Assembly: GCA_964347145.1 (NCBI GenBank)
Contig: CAYFXU010000001.1
Coordinates: forward strand, 1 to 54,602
Length of the DNA stretch: 54,602 nt
Direction: 5' to 3'
DNA from: an uncultured Candidatus Bathyarchaeia archaeon
GTDB lineage: Archaea > Thermoproteota > Bathyarchaeia > Bathyarchaeales > Bathyarchaeaceae
Within the stretch, counting starts at the first letter, position 1, and each line of letters opens with the position of its first letter. The position numbers and the translations under genes were made by a program. Below, one piece after another: positions 36,846 to 44,685 of this stretch. Under the pieces are notes generated by a model that was not told where the DNA came from, did not search any database, and was given only the letters and a program-made list of their open reading frames with translations.

Positions 36846-36931
36846 TGACAAATTTTTGCCTATTTTACGCGCGTTGCGAAAGATGATTCGATCGCCCACC
36901 AACGCCTTTTGGCAATCTATGTTCACGTTCT

Positions 36932-37954
36932 TCAACCGTTTGACTTCTGCGCAGACACTCCATTTAGTCTGAGGGTTTTTGCCATTTGAGCAAGATGCGA
37001 CTTGAATTTGGTGTCTTTGAGGGGCTGAATATCAACGATTGATTTGTCAACGTATTTGTTTATTTTCTTTCTGCAATAACCAAGAGAGTCATTGGTTTTT
37101 AGCTTCTCCAAAATCATGTTTAGGGCACTCTTCTTAGAAGTCTTGTTTTTACTTGACAAGATTTGAAGGTTCTGGAGAAGCCTTTCTCTTTCGTCCAAGC
37201 TGACTGACCTAAAAAGATGGATCAGGGGAAGGCTAATTCGGCGTTTTCTAAGATCTTTTGGAATGCCATCTCTCAAAGAGGTTATGTCTGAAAGGTCATC
37301 GCTTAGTTGGTAAGCCATTCCGAAATGTTCTCCAAAATTTGCCAGGCAACTAACTTCAAGGTCAGAGCCACCTCCTGCTATGGCTCCACAAATAGTTGCA
37401 GCTTGAAATAGTGAGGCAGACTTCTTTCTTATTTTCTCTAGATATTCCTTTTCAGACATCTCAGTCGATTTTATTGACACATCCATGTATTCGCCATCAC
37501 AAAGCGCTAGACCAGTTTCTGATGCGATTTTCAGTATTTCTTTACCATAATCGGCTGTCAAGAGAATTGCGAGGGATATCATGGCGTCTCCGACTAGAAT
37601 GGCCTCATTTACAGACCATTTTTCATGAACCGAAGGGACATCGCGTCTAAACTTGTCTTGGTCTAGAATGTCGTCGTGGACAAGAGTTGCGGTGTGTAAT
37701 AGTTCAACGGCTAGAGCCAACGGCATGACGTCTTCTCGGTTTCCTCCAACGCTTTCGGCACTGAGTATGACCATTAAAGGCCTTAATCTCTTTCCATGGG
37801 ATAGCAAGGCATAACCTATTTTCTCATAAAGTCGCAGGTCGGAAATTCTTGAAATAAGGCTTGAAAGTTCAGATTCTACTGAATGTCTCGTGCTTTCTAT
37901 GTACGACTGAAACTTCTTTTCATACGGTGCAACAAAGGCCCTAGTGACTGGCAT
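36932..37954 (-). CDS. trans-Polyprenyl diphosphate synthase (chain length not assignable)
   Basis: First Asp-rich motif LVHDDILDQD and second motif DDLSD. 340 aa. Confidence 0.9.
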   Translation of the reverse strand: MPVTRAFVAPYEKKFQSYIESTRHSVESELSSLISRISDLRLYEKIGYALLSHGKRLRPLMVILSAESVGGNREDVMPLALAVELLHTATLVHDDILDQDKFRRDVPSVHEKWSVNEAILVGDAMISLAILLTADYGKEILKIASETGLALCDGEYMDVSIKSTEMSEKEYLEKIRKKSASLFQAATICGAIAGGGSDLEVSCLANFGEHFGMAYQLSDDLSDITSLRDGIPKDLRKRRISLPLIHLFRSVSLDERERLLQNLQILSSKNKTSKKSALNMILEKLKTNDSLGYCRKKINKYVDKSIVDIQPLKDTKFKSHLAQMAKTLRLNGVSAQKSNG

Positions 37955-38169
37955 TTCAGTGTCCTTCGAAGGAGCGGAGTAATGTAAAGGCCTTCACGTG
38001 ACTATAAATGTTTTTGTTCAATTGATAAGTATAATAATAACCTTTAGCTCTGTCTTTCTCCAGAATCTTCGACAATTCTGAACTATATGGTCCAGTAATT
38101 TCACTAACAGTTGCTAAAGGTCAGACTCGCTTATCTCGCTGGGAGAGGCTTGAAAACAAGGCGCTGAAC

Positions 38170-38418
38170 TTAACTCAATTTTGAGTGGGTCTTTGCTGCT
38201 ACCAGGGTAGCGGTATCCGTTATGCCGGGGGTCTTTCTTACTACATTGAATACGAAATCGTCTAGTTCTTCCATAGTCTTGAATTGCGCTTCGATGCATA
38301 TATCAAAGGTCCCATAGGTAAGGCTTGCTCTCTTTACTTGACTGGCGTTTTTGAATGAGTCAAGAACGTCTATCTCGTTCCCCGTTTCTACTTTTCCTAA
38401 AATGTAGACAAAAACCAA
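38170..38418 (-). CDS. Stand-alone Lrp/AsnC-type ligand-binding (RAM) domain protein
   Basis: VFVYILGKVETGNE...SLTYGTFDICIEAQFKTMEELDDFV...PGITDTATLV. I prefer TTG 38418 (purine-rich AAGAGGGA upstream) over track start 38484, which would overlap the upstream gene. Confidence 0.65.
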   Translation of the reverse strand: MVFVYILGKVETGNEIDVLDSFKNASQVKRASLTYGTFDICIEAQFKTMEELDDFVFNVVRKTPGITDTATLVAAKTHSKLS

Positions 38419-38434
38419 GCCTAGTCCCTCTTGG

Positions 38435-38752
38435 CTACGAGCTTGTGCGCGCGACCTCGAGGGGGTTGCATTCGTGATATTCAATGCCTTCTCTTTCGCA
38501 AATTTCTATGATTTTGGAATACATCTTTAGGTCCATGTCTTCTATAAGCTGTTTTTTCGGTCCTTGTATTTCGACAGCGACTCCTATTGGATAATAGCCG
38601 CAACATGCCACTGCGTCTTTGTAAACATTTATCACATAGTCCTCTGGCATTTTCTCTTCTTCCAAGAAAGTTTTGATCTCCTCGACAAATCTATTGAGGT
38701 CTTCATTCTTCACTCCGATCAGGTGACATTCCCTGTGACTTATTAAGGCCAT
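38435..38752 (-). CDS. Hypothetical protein
   Basis: 105-aa ORF with its own TATAAATA box and GGAG upstream. No family recognised. Confidence 0.5.
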   Translation of the reverse strand: MALISHRECHLIGVKNEDLNRFVEEIKTFLEEEKMPEDYVINVYKDAVACCGYYPIGVAVEIQGPKKQLIEDMDLKMYSKIIEICEREGIEYHECNPLEVARTSS

Positions 38753-38842
38753 TTACGCACATCTCCAAATTAATTATTCGCGAAAGGTCTTATTTATAGT
38801 TTTATATTTGTGATAAAAATCAATTAAATCCGTCATCTGAAA

Positions 38843-39961
38843 TCATTTGTGCAAACGAGCATGCCTTGAGCCACGCTTAGCTTTTCTCGCAGACAGCACC
38901 CGCTTTCCTCGATTTCTCTTTCTCTCAGCCATCCTCTCGATTTTTTCCTGCGCTCCTTTTTGTTCGGTTTCCTCGAGGTATCCTTGACCAATAGCTTGGT
39001 TTATCAACCTTTGAGCGGCGCGATTCCGTACCAGTAAGGTGGTGTAACCGTCAGCGGAGCCGAGTCCGCCTACTGAGATGTCTGCGGCATAGTTTGAGAA
39101 GTCTGTGCATGCAAGGCATGCTGAACGTACAATGGGATCGAGATCATCCAAATCGATGTGTACAATCCTTCCATCTTTCAACCTTGCGATGAAATCATCT
39201 TTCAAGTTGATTTTTTCAACTTGATCTAGATTTGCTCGAATTTTGCTTCCAAGGTATTTCCTTCCATCATTGTGCATGAGAAAGTTCTCGAAGCAGAAAA
39301 GGCCTATAGTAAATCGCACCATATGGCTTGGAACGATTCGGAGTAGTTGCATCTTTCGAATCGTCAGTATTTGGCATGGAGTGCCTACGACCGCAAGCTT
39401 CGTCAAATCCAACAGATTTATTCCTCTGATGGCGCTGAAGATGGGTGCATAAGTTGTTAGGTCTCCTAGATCCCTAACACTTCTGGACTGTGCCAGACTG
39501 GATCCAGCGCACTCAAGCAAGTCCTCGAAGGTCGTCGCGATCATGGGTTCATTGTTCCATAGGCCTTCCTTCCTGGAGAGGACGGCGCCATCGATTTTTT
39601 TCCTATCTAACAGAAATTTTAGAAGTCCTGTCACTGCTCCGCCGTCACAGCAAACATCGGCGATTTCCTTATTGGTGGTTCGGAGGCTTCGAACTGCGAT
39701 ATATGAGCCTATGGGTTCCTTAAACCCGAACCTCGTCTCTATTGCTTTGTTCAAATCCGGAGTTCTCGGGCAGATCAAGTAACATATTCCGTCTTCAAGG
39801 CACTTCTTTTCATCGCAATATACAGGCTTGTCCTTCTCGATTGCCAAGACATTAAGCTCGTTGGCGGTGCAGAAACTTACACATCCATAGCACGCCGCAC
39901 ATATGCCGGTTTCAATAATCTCTCTATCGAGTGCACGGAATGAAAGTCTTTCTTCAATCAT
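38843..39961 (-). CDS. FrhB/FdhB/FpoF-family coenzyme F420-interacting Fe-S flavoprotein subunit
   Basis: N-terminal CAACYGCVSFC ... CYLICP. Family motifs CCDGGAVTGLL, VVGTPCQI, CLACTDFSNYAADISVGGLG. Starts immediately after the hdrB stop. Confidence 0.85.
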   Translation of the reverse strand: MIEERLSFRALDREIIETGICAACYGCVSFCTANELNVLAIEKDKPVYCDEKKCLEDGICYLICPRTPDLNKAIETRFGFKEPIGSYIAVRSLRTTNKEIADVCCDGGAVTGLLKFLLDRKKIDGAVLSRKEGLWNNEPMIATTFEDLLECAGSSLAQSRSVRDLGDLTTYAPIFSAIRGINLLDLTKLAVVGTPCQILTIRKMQLLRIVPSHMVRFTIGLFCFENFLMHNDGRKYLGSKIRANLDQVEKINLKDDFIARLKDGRIVHIDLDDLDPIVRSACLACTDFSNYAADISVGGLGSADGYTTLLVRNRAAQRLINQAIGQGYLEETEQKGAQEKIERMAERKRNRGKRVLSARKAKRGSRHARLHK

Positions 39962-40849
39962 CTAGGTAACCCTCTCTGCATATTTCGGAAGGGTTCTCTT
40001 GGGAGAGACACAGTTTTTGTTGAGTCCTAGTTCTATTTGTTCTATGCCAAAAGCTAGCCCGATCAGTTGAGTGAAATGAAGTATGGGAAGGTCCATTCTT
40101 ATGTCAAATCTCGACTCGATATCCCTCTGTTTTGCGTCGAGGTTGAAGTGACACAGGGGACATGCGGTTATCATACAGTTGGCTCCAGCATCCTTAGCAT
40201 TAAGCAGAATATTCTTCGACATTTCTAGCATGACCTTTTCGTTAGTCACGCCTAGGGAGGCTCCACAACATCGGACTTTACCGTAGTATTCAACATTGGT
40301 AGCTCCGAGAGTCTCGACTAGCTCATCCAAACTCGTTGGGTGCTCAGGATCGTCAAAATTGGTCAAGTCTGGTGGTCTTACCAAGAAACAACCATAGTAT
40401 GACGCGACGTTCAGTGTGGTCAGCGGATTCTTAACCTTCGCACTTACTTTCTCGAGGCCGACGTCTGATAGAAGAACTTCAAGAAAATGCCTTACCTTGA
40501 CGCCGCCATTGTAGTTGAGACCAGCACTGCTGAGAGCCTTTTCGACTTTATTTTTCAGTCCAGAATCTTCTTGAAGGAGTTTGTTGGTTCGAGATAAGGT
40601 ATAGTAGCAGGCGCTGCATAGAGTTACGATGTCCATTTCCATCTTTTCTGCTAAAGACAAGTTTCGGGCGGCGAGAGCCACAGAATAGAGTGGTTTGTAG
40701 GAGTAGATTGCATCGATGGCTCCGCAACAGTTCCAATCAGGTATTTCAACCAGCTCTATATCCAGAACTTTGCTTATGGCTTTGCATGAGTCTCCGTACT
40801 CTTTGGAAGACGAGTCCACTGCACAACCAGGATAGAAGGCGTAATCCAT
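39962..40849 (-). CDS. hdrB: HdrB CCG-domain subunit
   Basis: DWNCCGAID and KVRCCGASL. The start forms a TAATG overlap with the hdrC stop. Confidence 0.9.
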   Translation of the reverse strand: MDYAFYPGCAVDSSSKEYGDSCKAISKVLDIELVEIPDWNCCGAIDAIYSYKPLYSVALAARNLSLAEKMEMDIVTLCSACYYTLSRTNKLLQEDSGLKNKVEKALSSAGLNYNGGVKVRHFLEVLLSDVGLEKVSAKVKNPLTTLNVASYYGCFLVRPPDLTNFDDPEHPTSLDELVETLGATNVEYYGKVRCCGASLGVTNEKVMLEMSKNILLNAKDAGANCMITACPLCHFNLDAKQRDIESRFDIRMDLPILHFTQLIGLAFGIEQIELGLNKNCVSPKRTLPKYAERVT

Positions 40850-41424
40850 TAGGATTCCTCCTCGCTGGTCTTTTCAAGTATGTTGGAAAGGTCGGTGCCT
40901 TGTTCAATCTTCGGTGCTCGTATCTGCAATTTTCCCTTTTTCAAAAGTCTCCATCCGAGACCTGCAAAGTGAAAAAGACTTCGAAGATCAGATTTCTTCA
41001 GGATTCTGGTGAGAAGCTCAGGCTCATGCATTCTTCCGTATTTGTTCACTATTTCAAAGAAAGATATGTGAAACTTGGGCTTTACTCCTTTTCTATCTAC
41101 AAAACTCTCTCGTATGGCCAAGTTTCTCAAAGACATCATAAGGGTAGTGATGTTTATGGCTCTTGGGCAACGGGCGTAACAGGCATAACAGGACGAGCAA
41201 ATCCAGATGGTTGAACTTGACAAGACCTTCTCCCTCATGCCCAAGTGCATCATTTTTATGATTTGCATGGGCGAATACTCCATGGCAAACCTTGTCGGGC
41301 ACGAGCCAGCGCACAAACCACACTGGATGCAGTCAAGTATGTTTTCTCCCCCAGGCATCTTCAAGAGTTCTTTTACAAAGGAGGATCTGCTCCTCTTGGA
41401 TGTTAACGACGCAACGAGTTTCAT
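40849..41424 (-). CDS. hdrC: HdrC 2x[4Fe-4S] subunit
   Basis: CIQCGLCAGSCP and CSSCYACYARCP. I prefer the start MKLVAS (41424): it gives the same 31-aa spacing to the first Cys as the 20438 paralog and does not overlap hdrA. Alternative ATGs lie at 41457, 41469 and 41505. Confidence 0.8.
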   Translation of the reverse strand: MKLVASLTSKRSRSSFVKELLKMPGGENILDCIQCGLCAGSCPTRFAMEYSPMQIIKMMHLGMREKVLSSSTIWICSSCYACYARCPRAINITTLMMSLRNLAIRESFVDRKGVKPKFHISFFEIVNKYGRMHEPELLTRILKKSDLRSLFHFAGLGWRLLKKGKLQIRAPKIEQGTDLSNILEKTSEEES

Positions 41425-41437
41425 TCCTTCACCATTT

Positions 41438-43843
41438 TTATCTTTTTGATGTTGCATATTGTGTTGCATATTGTTCACCCGATAGATATTTCCTAAGTTC
41501 TTCACGTTTCTCTTGGCTCACTGGACCGATTTTCGAAATCCGCTCCACAAACGCGTCGAAAAGACTCATTATTTTCTCATACTGTGGAATGGTCGTAGTG
41601 GTTGACTGTAATCTAAGGGACTTGATCCCGAATTTGCCTAGGTCCTTTTTCAATTGAATAACACGGTTTCTCAGCTGATCCTCTCTTAGCAGACTGTCGT
41701 CTCCCTCAATGAGAATTATGCCGTCTGCCCCTGATGCGAAGGCGTGTAGCAAATGTTTTATGCCTAAACGACCTGTGCTCGGCACCCCAACCGTCCTAAC
41801 TTCCGGAGAATAGCTACGTCTGCTCTGTCCGCCCAAGTCGCCAGATGCATAGGCGGTCATTTTTTCAAGGAACGCAATTATCTTGGGTGATGTCTCTCCC
41901 TCTTTACTGACTCCTTGGATGTTAGCAATCAGTTGGGTTTCAGTGCAGTGCTTAAGGTCGATGGCTTCTTTGGGGCATAGAGGAACGCATATTCCACACC
42001 CTACACAGGATATGGAATCGATTACCACTTCCTTTTTTCCTTTCTTAATAGCTTTGGTCGGACAGTGATCAACACATATTCCGCAGAGGTCGCATCTTCC
42101 GGGAACAAGATAGGCCACTTCCGGGGAAACGGATATTTCTCCCTTTCCGAGAAACGTCGCAACTTTCGATGCCGTCGCCAACGATTCCATTGTAGTCTCT
42201 CTCACGTCCTTCGGACCTTGGGCACACCCTGCTATGTAAATTCCTTCTCTCTTTGTTTCCACCCCTCTGAGCTTGTGGTGTATCTCCAAGAAGAAATCGT
42301 CAGGTCCCAAATCAATTCCGAGCATCTCGGCCAGTTCCTTGGTTCCTGTATTAGGAATGAGAGCGGGACTGAGCACAACCAAATCAAAGGCCTCCTCAAT
42401 CTGCTCTCCCAGAATAGTATCCTCCGCCTTCACGATAACACTGTTACCGTTTGGTATGACCTCTGCTGCCCGGCCTCTAATAAATGTGGCAAGGTGCTCT
42501 CTAGCCTTGGCGTAGAACTCCTCGTAGCCTTTGCCGTGGGCCCTTACGTCGGTATAGAAAATCCAAGGCTCTGCCCCCGGGACCGACTTGTCCAGTAACA
42601 AGGCGTGTTTTATGGCGTTCATGCAGCCTATTTTGCAGCAGTAGCCACATCCGTTGGCAGCGGTTGATCTGCTTCCCACACAAAGGATGAAAGCCACTTT
42701 CTTGGGGACTTCTCCAGTGGAAGGCTTGTGGAGACCTTGCAACATGAGCCTTTCAAACTGGAGACTTGTTATAATATCCGGATGAAAACCGAATCCGTAC
42801 TGCCCAAAAAGCTTGGGATCTATCAGTTTATAACCGGTGCAGGCTATAATAGCCCCCACATTCAAGTCTACGATCTCTTCTTCTTGAGTAAAATCTATGG
42901 CCTCACCCTTACAGAATCTTTCACAGATTCGGCAAACGCCTCGAGTAAGGAACAAGCAATAATCTTTGTCAATCGTATACGCATTGGGAATAGCTTGCTT
43001 AAAGGGTATGTAAATAGCCTTCTCTTGGACTAGATTTTCCTCAAAGCTGCTTGGCTTCTTAACTGGACACTTTCTAACGCACTCTCCGCAGGCAGTGCAT
43101 TTCTCAAGGTCCACATACCTTGGTTTCATTCTGATCTTCACCTCATAGTTTCCGGGGGAGCCTTTGACAGCAATGGGTTCAGCGTTGGTGAAGATTTTGA
43201 TTTTTGGATGTTGTGATACTGACACCATCTTTGGCGTCAAAATGCACGCCGAACAGTCGAAAGTTGGGAAAGTCTTGCTGAGTTGGGCCATGTGTCCTCC
43301 TATGCTAGGGTTTTTCTCAACCATGTACACTTGATATCCGTTTTCTGCCAACTCAAGAGCAGAGTAGATACCTGCGATGCCTCCTCCGATAACGAGGACT
43401 TTTTTTGTCACTTTCAGGCTCTTGGGCGTTAAGGGCTCCAAGTAACCTACCCGTTCGACGGCGCCACGGAGAAGCGCTATAGCCTTACTTGTCGCCTTTT
43501 CCTTATCGTCGTGAACCCAACTACAATGTTCTCTGATGTTAACCATTTCCAAGAGGTAGGGATTGATTCCCCCAGAATTTACCGCCTGTCTGAAGGTGTC
43601 CAGATGCATCCTCGGAGAGCAGGAAGCCACGACCACTCGATTCAATCTATGTTCATTTATCGCTTTTTTGATAATTTCCTGTCCAGGGTTGCTGCAAAGA
43701 TACTCGAAAGTGTCAGCGACTTTTACTTTTTTAAGGGCACCTATGACTTCCTTGACGTGATCAACGTCTACAGTGTCGCTGATGTTCCCTCCACAATGGC
43801 AGATGAACACGCCGATCCGTGTTTCCTGTGGCATTTCCCACAC
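41438..43843 (-). CDS. hdrA: Canonical-architecture HdrA fused to a C-terminal, cysteine-less MvhD-like domain
   Basis: VFICHCGGNISD...CSWVH; VIGGGIAGIYSALE; TFPTFDCSACIL; two ferredoxin inserts. The C-terminal segment IAFLEKMTAYASGDLGG...GADGIILIEGDDSLL aligns to the MvhD motifs but contains no Cys. GTG start with AAGGAGGT upstream. Confidence 0.9.
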   Translation of the reverse strand: MWEMPQETRIGVFICHCGGNISDTVDVDHVKEVIGALKKVKVADTFEYLCSNPGQEIIKKAINEHRLNRVVVASCSPRMHLDTFRQAVNSGGINPYLLEMVNIREHCSWVHDDKEKATSKAIALLRGAVERVGYLEPLTPKSLKVTKKVLVIGGGIAGIYSALELAENGYQVYMVEKNPSIGGHMAQLSKTFPTFDCSACILTPKMVSVSQHPKIKIFTNAEPIAVKGSPGNYEVKIRMKPRYVDLEKCTACGECVRKCPVKKPSSFEENLVQEKAIYIPFKQAIPNAYTIDKDYCLFLTRGVCRICERFCKGEAIDFTQEEEIVDLNVGAIIACTGYKLIDPKLFGQYGFGFHPDIITSLQFERLMLQGLHKPSTGEVPKKVAFILCVGSRSTAANGCGYCCKIGCMNAIKHALLLDKSVPGAEPWIFYTDVRAHGKGYEEFYAKAREHLATFIRGRAAEVIPNGNSVIVKAEDTILGEQIEEAFDLVVLSPALIPNTGTKELAEMLGIDLGPDDFFLEIHHKLRGVETKREGIYIAGCAQGPKDVRETTMESLATASKVATFLGKGEISVSPEVAYLVPGRCDLCGICVDHCPTKAIKKGKKEVVIDSISCVGCGICVPLCPKEAIDLKHCTETQLIANIQGVSKEGETSPKIIAFLEKMTAYASGDLGGQSRRSYSPEVRTVGVPSTGRLGIKHLLHAFASGADGIILIEGDDSLLREDQLRNRVIQLKKDLGKFGIKSLRLQSTTTTIPQYEKIMSLFDAFVERISKIGPVSQEKREELRKYLSGEQYATQYATSKR
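41451..41474. repeat. Perfect 12-nt tandem duplication (GTTGCATATTGT x2) in the hdrA 3' end
   Basis: Read directly from the sequence. It produces QYATQYAT in HdrA (and MQHNMQHN in the overlapping frame). Confidence 0.9.
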
Positions 43844-43922
43844 GCAACCTCCTTAGGATGTGATCCGCAAAGGTTTTGAGAAGATTAAATGGCACATAAG
43901 TTGTTTAAAAACGTTATCTTAA

Positions 43923-43940
43923 TTATCATTATTATGATAA
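43923..43940. promoter_or_regulatory. Inverted repeat TTATCAT-TATT-ATGATAA, 11 nt upstream (gene orientation) of the TTTTTAAA box (43904-43911) of the hdrA-mvhD operon
   Basis: Read directly from the sequence. 7-nt perfect arms with a 4-nt spacer. Confidence 0.4.
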
Positions 43941-44152
43941 GAAATACTCTTTATGCCTGCGGACGTTGCTGTACCCTTAGCGCGAGGCATTATTCAATCA
44001 GAGCAATTTAACCCAATGACGGGGACGCCGGAGAAAGTGGAACCTGCAAACGCGCGTACAATTGTGGTTATAGTAAAGTTTTAAACGAAGTTACATTGTT
44101 ATACTGTTGGGTAATTTCAGGGCAACCAGAGTCTTGAATTTGCCCACGGAGT

Positions 44153-44271
44153 AGCGGGGTGGGGTAGCCAGGTGAACCCGCTGGGCTCATAGGCTAGCAG
44201 ACTGAGAGACCCAGAGATCGGTTGTTCAAAAGGAGGCGTAGAACCTCCTGAAAATCAACCCCCCGCTACCA
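44153..44271 (+). tRNA. Initiator tRNA-Met (CAT) with two introns and encoded CCA
   Basis: Folded by hand. Acceptor AGCGGGG/CCCCGCT (A1:U72). D stem GGGT/ACCC. Anticodon stem CTGGG/CCCAG (three G:C pairs) with loop CTCATA+A. 17-nt intron at 44192-44208 (position 37/38). T stem GGTTG/CAACC encloses 31 nt, implying a 24-nt T-loop intron with hairpin AGGAGG/CCTCCT. Discriminator A, then CCA. Confidence 0.85.
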
Positions 44272-44685
44272 TCATCGTCGTTGACTAGCTCGTAGGTAGT
44301 ATGTAACAAGGCTTTTCCCCACCAATTTTCCCTTTTCGTCTCTCACTTCCACATCACTCAAAGAAATTGTCTTGCCCACGTGTACAATTCTAGCCTCGGC
44401 GATTAGGCAACCTGACTTCACTGGCGTCAAGAAATTTATTTTCATTTCAACAGTTACAGGAACGGTCTCCAAACCAGATGAACCTAGTGTTGCCCAGGCT
44501 GCGGCAGAATCGGCAAGGCTTGCTATGGCTCCTCCATGAACTGTCTTCAAAAACTGAAGGTGTTTCTCCTCCACGCTCATGGTCAAACGAGCATAACCAT
44601 CCTTTACTTCCTCGATTCTAATATTCAAAAGCGTGTAGTAGGGGCAAGTCTCTCCACGTTTTATCAAATCCATTAGGCTAGGCAC
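44272..44685 (-). CDS. PaaI-type hotdog-fold thioesterase
   Basis: VHGGAIASLADSAAAWA motif. 137 aa. The stop abuts the tRNA 3' end. Confidence 0.85.
   Translation of the reverse strand: MPSLMDLIKRGETCPYYTLLNIRIEEVKDGYARLTMSVEEKHLQFLKTVHGGAIASLADSAAAWATLGSSGLETVPVTVEMKINFLTPVKSGCLIAEARIVHVGKTISLSDVEVRDEKGKLVGKSLVTYYLRASQRR

Noticed and set aside
40690-41214. 174-aa plus-strand ORF spanning the hdrB/hdrC junction (also 42065..42598, 177 aa, and other plus-strand ORFs inside hdrA 41438..43843)
   Set aside because: These are antisense to Hdr genes with strong Cys-motif conservation and have no domain signatures. They are shadow ORFs.
7798-43843. In-frame TGA (selenocysteine) recoding in HdrA/MvhD, as in some methanogens
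   Set aside because: All Hdr/Mvh ORFs are uninterrupted, with Cys at the relevant motifs. No split ORF pairs separated by a single TGA were seen.
44153-44271. The tRNA as an integration hotspot marking a genomic island boundary
   Set aside because: There is no integrase, no direct repeat of the tRNA 3' end, and no obvious compositional break on either side that I can see by eye. The Hdr/cytochrome region shows the same RBS and promoter style as the flanks.
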